32,000 nt of DNA from Xylanibacter ruminicola 23 (GCF_000025925.1 NC_014033.1:540001-572000), one strand, 5' to 3'. Shown: positions 15,770 through 24,887, counted from the first letter of the stretch. Program-made: numbers and translations. The notes: generated by a model not told the origin, from the sequence alone.

Positions 15770-15803
15770 TCCGCTAGCTATTTGTAGCTAGCGGATTTTT
15801 TTT
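15770..15803 (+). terminator. Rho-independent terminator
   Basis: TCCGCTAGCTA-TTTG-TAGCTAGCGGA followed by T8. Confidence 0.85.
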
Positions 15804-15841
15804 GTTTATGTCCCGACCAATTCTCGAATAACTATAAAAAA

Positions 15842-18376
15842 ATGAGTATGAAGAAGATCTTTTTGTTGGCATTCATGGCTGTTGGATTAACTGTCAGTGC
15901 CCAGAGTGAGTATCAGATCACCGTTCAGAGCAAAAAGCCGTCGGGCATCATCGATGAGATGCTTTACGGACAGCTTTTTGAGCACATCTACTTCAGTGCC
16001 AACAATGGCGTGTGGCAGGAGTTGATACAGGAGCGTTCGTTCGAACCTGAGCAGTATCCCGGCATCCATCCGCGCGATGGCTACTTTGATGGTTGGTTTA
16101 TGGACGATCATCAGGTGCTGCACTCGCCAACCCGCTACGAGCAGCCGCTTAGGATTGACAGCATCAACACCAACGATTTTGATCTTACGATGGATGTTAA
16201 CTGGAGAGCCTATAAGCTGGCCCGTCGCAGTTGGAGTGGCGGACTGATGGATATCCGCTTTGCCTTCCGCAACAAGGCCGATGGTACACCTTATTATCTA
16301 CGCATACACGATCCTTATTACGAGAGCAGGATGTTCACTCCCGCCCAAACACAGGCTCAGATCCAGGCTGCCAAAGAGGCCGAAGCCCGTGCAGCCCTCC
16401 AGCAGCAGGCCGCTACAGCCGATTTCTCTATCTGCCGCATGGAAGAACGCGAGGTGCCAGGCTGGGGCGGTCGTACCCGTCGTATCAACACGCTCGTACC
16501 ATTGGTGTCGGTCCCTGCCACCAAGGAGCAGGTTAACGAGAGTCAGCAGTGGCACAAGCTGCGTATCGAGAGTCGTGGTAGCCGGGTTAGCGTGTTTTGG
16601 GACGACCAACAGGTGCTGACCTACGATGGCTTAGAGGTAGCCGATAGACACTTTGTTACCTTCTGGGTTAACTATACCGAGGCCACCTATCGTAACATCC
16701 AGCTTACCGCTACCGATGGCAAGGTGTTGTTCCAAGGCATCCCTGGCGATGTGCAGATACCCGCCGTTGCCCAGCAATGGACCGCCTTTGGCGATGGTGG
16801 ACAGTACCGATTGGTGAAGGACGATGCCATCAACATGCGCTATTCGCAGCTGATTACTTCCACCAAAGGCCAGGCAGGTATCTTCCAGGGCCCTCAGAAT
16901 ATTGTTAAGGGCGAGAAATACGTAGGCTCTATCTATGCTAAGGGCAAGGGCGAGCTCATCGTAGGCCTGCGCGATACCAATGGCAGGTTTGTGGCCCGCC
17001 AATCGCTGGGTAAGGTAGGTAAAAGCTGGCAGAAGTACGCCTTTACCTTAGAGCCCGAATCCAACTGCGACGGCGATTTCGCCATCGTGGTTAACAATGG
17101 TAGCGTACAGGTTGATATGGCCACCATGACCACCCAGAGTGGTATCAACCTGGGTGGATTCCGTCCCGACATCCTGCAGGCCGTTAAGGAGCTTCATCCC
17201 ACCTGTCTGCGCTGGCCTGGTGGCGGTTATGTGGCCCAGTACGACTGGCAGTGGGGTATCGGTCCGCAGGAGAACCGTCAGCGTTGGGACCACTGGATGT
17301 GGATGGATTACGATCAGAACTGCTTTGGTACCGACGAGTTTATCCGTTTCTGTCGCGAGGTTAACTCCGAGCCGGTTATCGTGGTAAGCGTTAAGTTCGA
17401 GCGCCCCGCCAGCGAGTACAATCAGATACTGCAGGATGCCGTTAACTGGTTGCGTTACTGCAATGCCCCTGCTACTGATGAGTGGGGTGCCAAGCGTGCT
17501 GCCAACGGTCACCCCGAGCCTTACAACGTGAAGTACTGGGAGATTGATAATGAGATGTGGGAGATGGGTATCGAGCGCTACGAGCAGTGTGTACGCGATT
17601 TCAGCACCGCCATGCGTAAGGTCGATCCCAGCATCAAGATTATCGCCTGTGGTGGTTTCCGCGAGGACGAGCAGTTCATCCAGCGTAGCGGTCAGTATTT
17701 CGATTACCTCAGTCTGCATCATTACGAGCAGCAGGGTGGCTATGCCAGCGGTCCCGTTCGTCTCGGTCAGCAGTACGACAACTACGCCAAGATGATTGCC
17801 AACGGTCCTAACCCCAACATCAAACTCTTTATCTCCGAGTGGAACCTCAACAGTATCGACTGGCGTACAGGCCTCTTTGCAGGCGGTTTCCTCAATATGT
17901 GCGAGGCGCGCGATGTAGTGGCCATGGGTGCTGCAGCCCTGTTTATCCGCCGTACTGATGCCCCCGACTGGAACAACGCCTTTATCAATTTCGACTATAA
18001 GGATCTGTTCAAGGCTCCCAACTGTCAGGTTACCGAGCTTTGGTACAACCACTTCTCAAAGTACCGCTTGGCCTATAGCGGCGAAACGGGCGATGTAAGT
18101 GTAAGCACCACGCTCTCCGAGAATGGCGCCGATGTCATCGTCAAGGTGGTTAATCCTACCGATTCTGCCGCCACCCTGCGTATCAAGGGCGATTGGGATG
18201 GGGTAGAGCGTGCACCGTTCGAGTATTATGCCCCCGGCTCGCTTACTGTAGCCAACAGTATGCAGAACAAGCATGCCGTAGCCCTCAAGCAGGCCCAGGC
18301 TCAGGTTGAAGGCACCGATGTAGTGCTGGCCGTACCCGCTTTGTCGGCTGGTGTGCTCGTCATCCACAAAAAATAA
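15842..18376 (+). CDS. Secreted GH51-type alpha-L-arabinofuranosidase with N-terminal accessory (DUF1080-like and CBM4/9-like) modules
   Basis: Signal peptide MSMKKIFLLAFMAVGLTVSAQ. LRWPGGGYVAQYDWQWGIGPQENR, YWEIDNEMW (acid/base) and FISEWN (nucleophile) match GH51 catalytic-domain motifs. WHKLRIESRGSRVSVFWDD is DUF1080-like. Confidence 0.8.
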   Translation: MSMKKIFLLAFMAVGLTVSAQSEYQITVQSKKPSGIIDEMLYGQLFEHIYFSANNGVWQELIQERSFEPEQYPGIHPRDGYFDGWFMDDHQVLHSPTRYEQPLRIDSINTNDFDLTMDVNWRAYKLARRSWSGGLMDIRFAFRNKADGTPYYLRIHDPYYESRMFTPAQTQAQIQAAKEAEARAALQQQAATADFSICRMEEREVPGWGGRTRRINTLVPLVSVPATKEQVNESQQWHKLRIESRGSRVSVFWDDQQVLTYDGLEVADRHFVTFWVNYTEATYRNIQLTATDGKVLFQGIPGDVQIPAVAQQWTAFGDGGQYRLVKDDAINMRYSQLITSTKGQAGIFQGPQNIVKGEKYVGSIYAKGKGELIVGLRDTNGRFVARQSLGKVGKSWQKYAFTLEPESNCDGDFAIVVNNGSVQVDMATMTTQSGINLGGFRPDILQAVKELHPTCLRWPGGGYVAQYDWQWGIGPQENRQRWDHWMWMDYDQNCFGTDEFIRFCREVNSEPVIVVSVKFERPASEYNQILQDAVNWLRYCNAPATDEWGAKRAANGHPEPYNVKYWEIDNEMWEMGIERYEQCVRDFSTAMRKVDPSIKIIACGGFREDEQFIQRSGQYFDYLSLHHYEQQGGYASGPVRLGQQYDNYAKMIANGPNPNIKLFISEWNLNSIDWRTGLFAGGFLNMCEARDVVAMGAAALFIRRTDAPDWNNAFINFDYKDLFKAPNCQVTELWYNHFSKYRLAYSGETGDVSVSTTLSENGADVIVKVVNPTDSAATLRIKGDWDGVERAPFEYYAPGSLTVANSMQNKHAVALKQAQAQVEGTDVVLAVPALSAGVLVIHKK

Positions 18377-18412
18377 GTAGGTAACTTTCGCTGGTTTTTC
18401 AGAAATAAGTAG

Positions 18413-18420
18413 TATCTTTG
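18413..18420 (+). promoter_or_regulatory. -7 box TATCTTTG
   Basis: Lies 30 nt upstream of ATG 18450. Confidence 0.55.
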
Positions 18421-18449
18421 CACCCGGATTTAACAAAAGCATAATAAAA

Positions 18450-18971
18450 ATGGAAAAAGAGATTTACCTGGCTGGAGGTTGCTTCTGGGGTACAGAGCAC
18501 TTCTTTAAGCAGATAGAAGGTGTGATCGAAACCGAAGTGGGCTTTGCCAACGGTCACACCGAGAACCCAACCTATAAGGAGGTTTATACCGATACCACAG
18601 GCCACGCCGAAACCGTTCGTATCAAGTACAACGATGCGGTAGTTGGTCTCGAGTTCCTGTTGCAGATGTTCTTCAAGGCCATCGATCCTACCAGTCTGAA
18701 CAAGCAGGGCCACGACGAGGGCACCCGCTATCGTACAGGCATCTACTATCAGGATGCCAATGATCTGCCTGTCATCGAGAAGGTTTATGCCGAGCAGCAG
18801 GCCCAGTACGCTGAGCCATTGGCTGTAGAAAAACTGCCTTTGCAGAAGTTCTATTCGGCCGAGGAGTATCATCAGGACTACCTGGATAAGAATCCCGATG
18901 GCTACTGCCACCTGCCCCTCGAGCTCTTTAAGTTTGCCAAGCAGGCCAAGGATAAGAGCAAGCAGCAGTAA
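18450..18971 (+). CDS. msrA: Peptide-methionine (S)-S-oxide reductase
   Basis: GGCFWGTEHFF active-site motif and the YHQDYL motif; 173 aa. Confidence 0.95.
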   Translation: MEKEIYLAGGCFWGTEHFFKQIEGVIETEVGFANGHTENPTYKEVYTDTTGHAETVRIKYNDAVVGLEFLLQMFFKAIDPTSLNKQGHDEGTRYRTGIYYQDANDLPVIEKVYAEQQAQYAEPLAVEKLPLQKFYSAEEYHQDYLDKNPDGYCHLPLELFKFAKQAKDKSKQQ

Positions 18972-18974
18972 TAC

Positions 18975-19520
18975 ATGCAAGTAAAGCTTACATATAGGTT
19001 TACAAGCCGATTATCCATGCGCATCGCCAAAAATGGCGATGTGCATGTTTCTGCACCTATCGGACTGCCCAAAAAGACCGTCGAGAAGTTCATTGCCGAG
19101 CATCTCGACTGGATTGAGCAGGCCCGTAAGCGCACCCTTCAGCGTCAGCAGCAGCGCGCCGCCTTCTACGGTCAGCTGCCACTTAAAACCCGCAAGGATA
19201 GGGTAGAGGCTGTTGCTCGTCTGAAAACTATCATCGAGCCCATGGTAGAGCGCTATTCCCGGCAGATGGGTGTCACCCCATCCGCCATCACCTACAAGGC
19301 CATGATATCCCGTTGGGGCATGTGTAACATCAAGACCCATGCCATCTGTTTCTCTATCTACACCCTGTTGCTCCCCGAGTGGTGTATCGAGCATGTGGTC
19401 GCTCACGAGCTCTGCCATTTGTTAGAGCCCACCCACAACGCCCGTTTCCACGTCCTCATGGATCAGTATTTCCCCCGTTGGCGCGCCGCCCGCAAGCAAA
19501 CCCGCCTTATACAATCTTGA
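18975..19520 (+). CDS. YgjP-like (DUF45 / M48-family) metal-dependent hydrolase
   Basis: WGMCN....I.F and VVAHELCHLLEPTHNARF (HExxH) with a C-terminal YFPRW. The gap after msrA is 3 nt. Confidence 0.8.
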   Translation: MQVKLTYRFTSRLSMRIAKNGDVHVSAPIGLPKKTVEKFIAEHLDWIEQARKRTLQRQQQRAAFYGQLPLKTRKDRVEAVARLKTIIEPMVERYSRQMGVTPSAITYKAMISRWGMCNIKTHAICFSIYTLLLPEWCIEHVVAHELCHLLEPTHNARFHVLMDQYFPRWRAARKQTRLIQS

Positions 19521-19660
19521 TACAATGACAGGCACAACTGCTGATGGCCGAGTCTGTAAATTCTTGATTATCAGATATGTTTGAATTTGATGTTGTTTGA
19601 TAATGGAAATAATCCATTATACAAACAGCTATATGACTAGGGTATATTCCCAGTTTGATA

Positions 19661-19668
19661 TACCTTTG
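19661..19668 (+). promoter_or_regulatory. -7 box TACCTTTG
   Basis: It lies inside the ORF extension listed from 19597, which argues for ATG 19720 as the true start. Confidence 0.5.
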
Positions 19669-19719
19669 CACCAGCAAAAGCTTAAAATACTGAATATTAT
19701 CTATAATTTTACAACAATA

Positions 19720-21168
19720 ATGGTTAAACTAAAAAGTTTTTTAGTCTTATTCGCCTGCGTTCTAGGAATGCAAGCGTTAGCAAAATCAGGAACTCTCAGG
19801 TTTGAGGATTTCCTGCTGAGAGATACCTCCCATGTTATTCATGGAACGCTCGACAATGGTTTTCAGTATTACATCGTTAAAGAGGTACATCAGCCTTTTC
19901 AGATGAGTCTGCTGCAGAAGACTGGGTTTCATGATGATGGCGAAACCCCAGAGATATCACATCTCCTGGAGCATATGTTGGCCACCGCTAATCGACCGAT
20001 TGCTACAGGAGATACCTTAATACAATATCTGAAAAAGCTTGGCAAGGAATACGGCTCAGGGTTCAACGCTTTCACAGGGGCCAATTTTATGAAATTCGAC
20101 TTATATCAACTAAAGAGTGAACTGGCCTATGCCGATTCGTGTATGGAGATATTATCTGAGATTGCCGAGGGTTCTAAGATCTGTTCCGAGGATCTGGAAA
20201 GGCAGAGGACAAGGATGATCAACGAGGTAGCTAACCGAAAATACGTTTTGAATGCACGACAGACAGATGCTAACTTGGGTGTTTTCAGATTTGGATATGA
20301 TCCTGCCGAATGGCGTGAAGTTCAATTAAACAGTGCCAAGAAGATTACACTGTCGCAACTTGAGGCATTCTATCGTAAATGGTACCATCCTCAGAATCAG
20401 TGCCTGCTGGTTACTGGTAATGTTCCCGACGGTATTGAGAAGATCATAAAGCGTAAATTCGGCAGCCACCCACGTGTGCCTGCCCCATCGCCCACCATCT
20501 TAGATTTCACTGATAAGAATATGCTTATCGAGAGATGGGGAAGTACAGCATGTTCGTTGACGCTGAATTTTGCGCTGCCTATTCTGACACAGGCAGAAAA
20601 GACGAGTCCTAACTTCTTCAGAGATTACTTTGCTTTGAAACAAATCAATCACGCCCTCAATGAAAAGATAAGGGAGCGAAAATTTGCAAGCAACTTCGTT
20701 ACTCGTTATCAAGTTGCAGAGCGCTTGATGTTGACTGCAACCTTTACGTGCGACCTCAATGAAGAACTACCTGGCGGTGGCTTGCAGGCTTTTGTGGATA
20801 GTGTGGCAGCTTTGGTAAACGATGTCAGAAGTAATGGCGTTAAGATAAAAATGCCAAAGGATACGCTCAAGAAAGGCGAGGTGGCACTGCGCTGCGCTCA
20901 GATTATGAAAAGACTGCAGGAGGGCAATGGCGAAGGCAATACTATCGATAGAGTTTTACAGCCCGATGTATGTTTCATTTATTCCTTACCGTTATATAAG
21001 CAGGAGAATTCTGATGCCTACTGGACGTTCATGCTCAGCGGCAAGGATATCTCTGATTACTGCAAGAATTTTATCAATAAGTCAAAAATCACGATAGAAT
21101 GCGTGCTTCCGTATGACTATCCTGAAAAAGAAATAACTGAAAAACTGAATGCCTTTCTGAGGCACTAA
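19720..21168 (+). CDS. Secreted M16 (pitrilysin/insulinase) family zinc peptidase with intact active site
   Basis: Signal peptide MVKLKSFLVLFACVLGMQALA. The HxxEH motif HLLEH lies at DNA 19960-19974, with a downstream NAFTGANF motif. Confidence 0.8.
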   Translation: MVKLKSFLVLFACVLGMQALAKSGTLRFEDFLLRDTSHVIHGTLDNGFQYYIVKEVHQPFQMSLLQKTGFHDDGETPEISHLLEHMLATANRPIATGDTLIQYLKKLGKEYGSGFNAFTGANFMKFDLYQLKSELAYADSCMEILSEIAEGSKICSEDLERQRTRMINEVANRKYVLNARQTDANLGVFRFGYDPAEWREVQLNSAKKITLSQLEAFYRKWYHPQNQCLLVTGNVPDGIEKIIKRKFGSHPRVPAPSPTILDFTDKNMLIERWGSTACSLTLNFALPILTQAEKTSPNFFRDYFALKQINHALNEKIRERKFASNFVTRYQVAERLMLTATFTCDLNEELPGGGLQAFVDSVAALVNDVRSNGVKIKMPKDTLKKGEVALRCAQIMKRLQEGNGEGNTIDRVLQPDVCFIYSLPLYKQENSDAYWTFMLSGKDISDYCKNFINKSKITIECVLPYDYPEKEITEKLNAFLRH

Positions 21169-21181
21169 TATTGATATAGTA

Positions 21182-22651
21182 ATGAAAACAAAACTATTAT
21201 TTTTTATGATTGCTTGTGCTTTCACCATCCAAGCATCGGCACAGTCAGGGGATGTTAAGTACGAGGACTTTATCACAGATCCTTTGAACATTACTCCAGG
21301 TGTACTCGACAATGGCTTCCGCTATTATTTATGCAATAACTTTTTTCCTGATAGCAAGCTGGAAATGCGACTTATCCAGAAATCTGGAACTGGCGACGAC
21401 GAGGGCACACCTGGCATATCGCTATTATTAAGAAGAATGCTTTGCTCTGAAAACCTTATTGCGGGTACATGCGGTGTGCTTAAGGATAAACTCGATGAAC
21501 TGCAACTGCAACGATTTACCCAATTCCGTGCCGTTAATGGTCTTGTTCCCGATATCTCTACCTACAGTTCGGAGATTGATAACGGGTGTACAGAGTATAA
21601 TCTGTTTCGTTTAAAGAATGAGCGAGCCTACGCAGCGTCGTGTGTTGGACTTTTGGCTGAGATAGCAGGTCATGCACGATTCTCGGCTTCGGAGTTGGAA
21701 CGTCAGAAAGAGTTTCTGGTGAATGAAATCACTAACAGTAGATACGATCTTGCAAAAAAACATGACAACTACCAGAAGGCTACATTCGTGGATGGATGTT
21801 CGCTCGATGAACTGCTGGATAAGCAAATTAATAGCATCCGCAGCATTACGCTCCAGCAGCTCGAAGCCTACTACCAGCGCTGGTATGTGCCACAGAATCA
21901 GTGCCTGTATGTGTATGGCAAAGCGCCCAGCAATATCGCTGATATCATCAAGCAGAAATTCGGCAGCCGCCCCAGTATGCCTGCTCCCGAAAAAAGCGTG
22001 AACGAGCTGAGCAACCAGAAGTTGTTGATGACTAAACGAGAAGGTCCTATATTTTCTATTCAATTCTATTTCATAAAACCTTGTGTGGCGCTATCCAGCT
22101 CAGAGGATCTTGACTATCTCAGAAAAGCAGCGGTATATACCCGCATTGGCGAGATGCTTGGTTCTTCGCTTCATGCACAGGTAGTGACATCGATCGATGA
22201 AAGTGCCCCATTTTTTAGACGCCCCGTTTATGCATTACACTTTGTGAAAAATTTAGACCTATATGCCGACGATCAGCAGCTCAGTGATTTCATAGATGAT
22301 GTTACCAAAAAGTTGGATGATGTCATACGTAACGGTTTCCAGGAGCATATCGCCCCATTACCAATTGAAAAGCAAAAGGAACTCCAGCGGCAGGAATTAA
22401 ACAATATTCATCACAGTTTTGTTGTGGATACCCATTCCAGTATCAAGGCCAACTTCTTGTATTCCAAACCTCTTTTTAAGGACGTTCCACCATACAATTA
22501 TTTCAAGTATGAAGTGAGCGAACAGGATATTCAGAACTGCAGCAAAGAGCTCTTCAATAATTACGATTTGCGAATTGTGTGTACAACACCGTATGGCTTT
22601 ACCGATGCCGGCATCAAGGCCAAGCTCGAAGCTTTCTTGTCAGATAAATAG
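21182..22651 (+). CDS. Secreted M16-family paralog with degenerate metal site (probable non-catalytic partner)
   Basis: It aligns by eye with the upstream gene (LDNGF.YY, WY.PQNQCL.V.G, IIK.KFGS.P..PAP), but HLLEH is replaced by LLLRR (DNA 21422-21436). Signal peptide MKTKLLFFMIACAFTIQASA. Confidence 0.7.
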   Translation: MKTKLLFFMIACAFTIQASAQSGDVKYEDFITDPLNITPGVLDNGFRYYLCNNFFPDSKLEMRLIQKSGTGDDEGTPGISLLLRRMLCSENLIAGTCGVLKDKLDELQLQRFTQFRAVNGLVPDISTYSSEIDNGCTEYNLFRLKNERAYAASCVGLLAEIAGHARFSASELERQKEFLVNEITNSRYDLAKKHDNYQKATFVDGCSLDELLDKQINSIRSITLQQLEAYYQRWYVPQNQCLYVYGKAPSNIADIIKQKFGSRPSMPAPEKSVNELSNQKLLMTKREGPIFSIQFYFIKPCVALSSSEDLDYLRKAAVYTRIGEMLGSSLHAQVVTSIDESAPFFRRPVYALHFVKNLDLYADDQQLSDFIDDVTKKLDDVIRNGFQEHIAPLPIEKQKELQRQELNNIHHSFVVDTHSSIKANFLYSKPLFKDVPPYNYFKYEVSEQDIQNCSKELFNNYDLRIVCTTPYGFTDAGIKAKLEAFLSDK

Positions 22652-22663
22652 GTATTAGCGCAG

Positions 22664-22708
22664 GGCAGGGACGATGATTCTCCGTGAGTGGAGAGTTATC
22701 GCCCTGCC
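22664..22708. other. GC-rich hairpin between convergent genes (possible terminator without a U-tract)
   Basis: GGCAGGG(A)CGAT at 22664-22675 pairs with ATCGCCCTGCC at 22698-22708. There is an inner CTCC/GGAG stem. Confidence 0.4.
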
Positions 22709-22716
22709 GATATAAG

Positions 22717-24378
22717 CTAAAAACCGATTTTGGCTTTGGGGCGCGGAATCTCGATGGGCACGATGTCATCTGCTGTTAACTGGCGCCATTCCTGCTTGTC
22801 ATCTGGCTTCTGCATCACACATCTTGTGGCGTGCTGTATGTAGATGCGTTCCAGTTGGTTGGCCACAAAACGGGCGTTACCCCAAGTCTGAGGGTCGCGT
22901 ACCTGATACGCCTGTGCCATCATGGTGCGATACTTCTCCCAGGCTCCATCAGTAAACTGATACTCGTAGTCCTTAATCCTGCTTTTGGTTATTTCTAGCA
23001 GCTCGTTCACACTGAAGTCCTGAAACTCGAACTTGTTTGGGAATCGCGACTGCAGACCAGGGTTCATGTCGAGCAGTTTCAGCATCTGGTCCTTGTAGCC
23101 GCATAGCACGATGGCGATATCGCGCTGCGTTTCGTCGGCCAGAATGTTCATCAGCAGTTGTATCACCAGCTTGCCCGGGTCGTTCTCGTTCTTGCCGTTC
23201 AGTAGATAAGCCTCGTCAATCATCAGTACGCCACCCATCGCCTTTTCTATCACCTGTCGCAGCGATCGTTCCTCGTCGCCCCATAGCGTGCCGATAAAGG
23301 TGCCGCGATCGCACACCACTACATGTCCTTTCGATAAGGCCCCCGTGTAATGCAGCAGCGAACCGAATATTTTGCAAACGGTGGTTTTACCTGTACCTGG
23401 ACGACCTAAGAAGATGCTGTGCAGCGATACCTCGTGCTGCTTGCTGTTGGGAAACATCTCCTGCATCACCCTGTTGTAACTGGTTAGTGCCACCAACTCA
23501 TCCATGCGGTGCTTAATGTCTTCGCAACCCACCAACTTGTCCAGTTCCTCGCGCGGATTCTCGATGGGATCCAGTATTTTGATATCAACACTTAGGCCCA
23601 TATTCTGGTCTATCGTCTCGCTCTTGGTCGTAGGCGTTGCTGGTTCCTCTGGCTCATGCGCTTCAGACTCTTCTTCATCAGCATCCTCTTCATCCTCTGT
23701 GGTATTGTCTCTTATTGACAGTCCCATGATGCCATCAGGTTCTTCGTTCAAGTGATCATTCGCAAGGTCGAAGAGCATCTGTTCGAACTCATCGTAGTCT
23801 TCATCTGCTGTTTCGACCTTTGGCTCCGGCTTAGCATCAATACTTTCGTCGGTCACAATATCGAAATATACCTTGCCAGCAAGATCGTCGTCATCATTCA
23901 CCCCAGCCCTACGAAGTTTCAGGTTGCTGCAGTTGCTGATCACCTTGATGTCGTTCTTTTCCCAGTCATCCTCCAGTTCGTAAGCGTTGTTGATGGCATC
24001 CTCTGTCAGCAGAATGCCGTAAACTTTCAGACTGGCTTGAGATTTTCTAAGCCGACTCTTCATGATTTCCATCGTCTCCTTTAGCTTCCACACAGTACTT
24101 TCGCGAGGTTCGCATCCAGGTTCATAAATCATCATGTCTATGTTCTGCGTTTCCTCGTAATATTGCTTTTGGCGGTGCTTGTTGCTGTCCACGCATACCA
24201 CCACCATGTTCATCGAGTCGGCATAAATATAAATATCGCAGTTGTATAAGTATGGGGCAAAGCCCTTAATCCTATTAGAGTAGACGGCATAGTTAACCGC
24301 CATAGCGTTCATATGTTTCCAGATAGTAAGATTTGTCTGGTATCTAAAGTCGTTAATCAGTCTGTTCAAGTTTCTCAT
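22717..24378 (-). CDS. CbbX/SpoVK-type AAA+ ATPase with an uncharacterised N-terminal domain and poly-acidic linker
   Basis: Walker A GRPGTGKTT, Walker B GGVLMIDEAY, IVLCGY and NPGLQSRF follow the CbbX/SpoVK pattern. The acidic run is TEDEEDADEEESEAHEPEEP. ATG 24378 (MRNLNRL) is preferred over ATG 24474, whose extension crosses a TATATATA tract. Confidence 0.85.
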   Translation of the reverse strand: MRNLNRLINDFRYQTNLTIWKHMNAMAVNYAVYSNRIKGFAPYLYNCDIYIYADSMNMVVVCVDSNKHRQKQYYEETQNIDMMIYEPGCEPRESTVWKLKETMEIMKSRLRKSQASLKVYGILLTEDAINNAYELEDDWEKNDIKVISNCSNLKLRRAGVNDDDDLAGKVYFDIVTDESIDAKPEPKVETADEDYDEFEQMLFDLANDHLNEEPDGIMGLSIRDNTTEDEEDADEEESEAHEPEEPATPTTKSETIDQNMGLSVDIKILDPIENPREELDKLVGCEDIKHRMDELVALTSYNRVMQEMFPNSKQHEVSLHSIFLGRPGTGKTTVCKIFGSLLHYTGALSKGHVVVCDRGTFIGTLWGDEERSLRQVIEKAMGGVLMIDEAYLLNGKNENDPGKLVIQLLMNILADETQRDIAIVLCGYKDQMLKLLDMNPGLQSRFPNKFEFQDFSVNELLEITKSRIKDYEYQFTDGAWEKYRTMMAQAYQVRDPQTWGNARFVANQLERIYIQHATRCVMQKPDDKQEWRQLTADDIVPIEIPRPKAKIGF

Positions 24379-24749
24379 AAAAACATCTTCATTGCATCGT
24401 ACATATATATATAATAGGTATACCCCGTGTGTGATAGGGGCGCAAGAGTCATCGGGCCAAATGCTTTTACGCACCTGCCCCTTAGTATTATAGAGGTTTC
24501 TTTTCAGATTTCTCTATCACATCGTTCAAACAATTGTAGCAAAATGTCAAAGAACGCGCAAGCCGAGCGCAATGCGAAAGCTCGCTTTCAGCTTTTCCGA
24601 GTGACAACACACAATCCACCTGTCGATTCTCAGATTCGGTTTTACCCTCGTCTTAGAACCGCTCGGCACATGATTGCATCGATTGTCATTCTGTTCATTT
24701 TGCTTTTAAAATTTTGTTTGTTTTGTGATAGAATTATGTTTATCGGCGG

Positions 24750-24781
24750 CAAATGTAGATAATTTCCCCGAAACTTCCAAA
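24750..24781 (-). promoter_or_regulatory. Canonical Bacteroidota promoter TTTG-N20-TACATTTG (minus strand)
   Basis: The reverse complement reads TTTG GAAGTTTCGGGGAAATTATC TACATTTG. It would start transcription about 360 nt upstream of the AAA+ ATG. Confidence 0.7.
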
Positions 24782-24835
24782 TTTTTTCACGAAAATCGGT
24801 CGAAAAAAGAGTTTTAATAGATGGTCAAGTACAAC

Positions 24836-24877
24836 ATAAACAAAATCGAGGGTGTGCCTGTTGTTTAGCACGCCCTC
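24836..24877 (-). terminator. Rho-independent terminator (minus strand)
   Basis: Minus-strand GAGGGCGUGC ... GCACACCCUC (10-bp stem, one C-A mismatch) followed by GAUUUUGUUUAU. It lies 10 nt after the small-ORF stop. Confidence 0.6.
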
Positions 24878-24887
24878 TGATTCTTAC

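Noticed and set aside
15537-15791. 84-aa plus-strand ORF (TTG start) spanning tRNA-Pro
   Set aside because: It overlaps a terminator, a promoter and a complete tRNA gene, so it is an artefact.
17048-18052. 334-aa minus-strand ORF, plus several 80-130-aa ORFs, inside the GH51 gene
   Set aside because: These are antisense or off-frame shadows of a GC3-rich gene with no independent signals.
24427-24762. 111-aa plus-strand ORF in the non-coding gap upstream of the AAA+ gene
   Set aside because: It has no TAnnTTTG box upstream and an odd composition with a hydrophobic junk-like tail. It lies antisense to the predicted AAA+ leader and overlaps the minus-strand promoter. I kept it only as a formal alternative.
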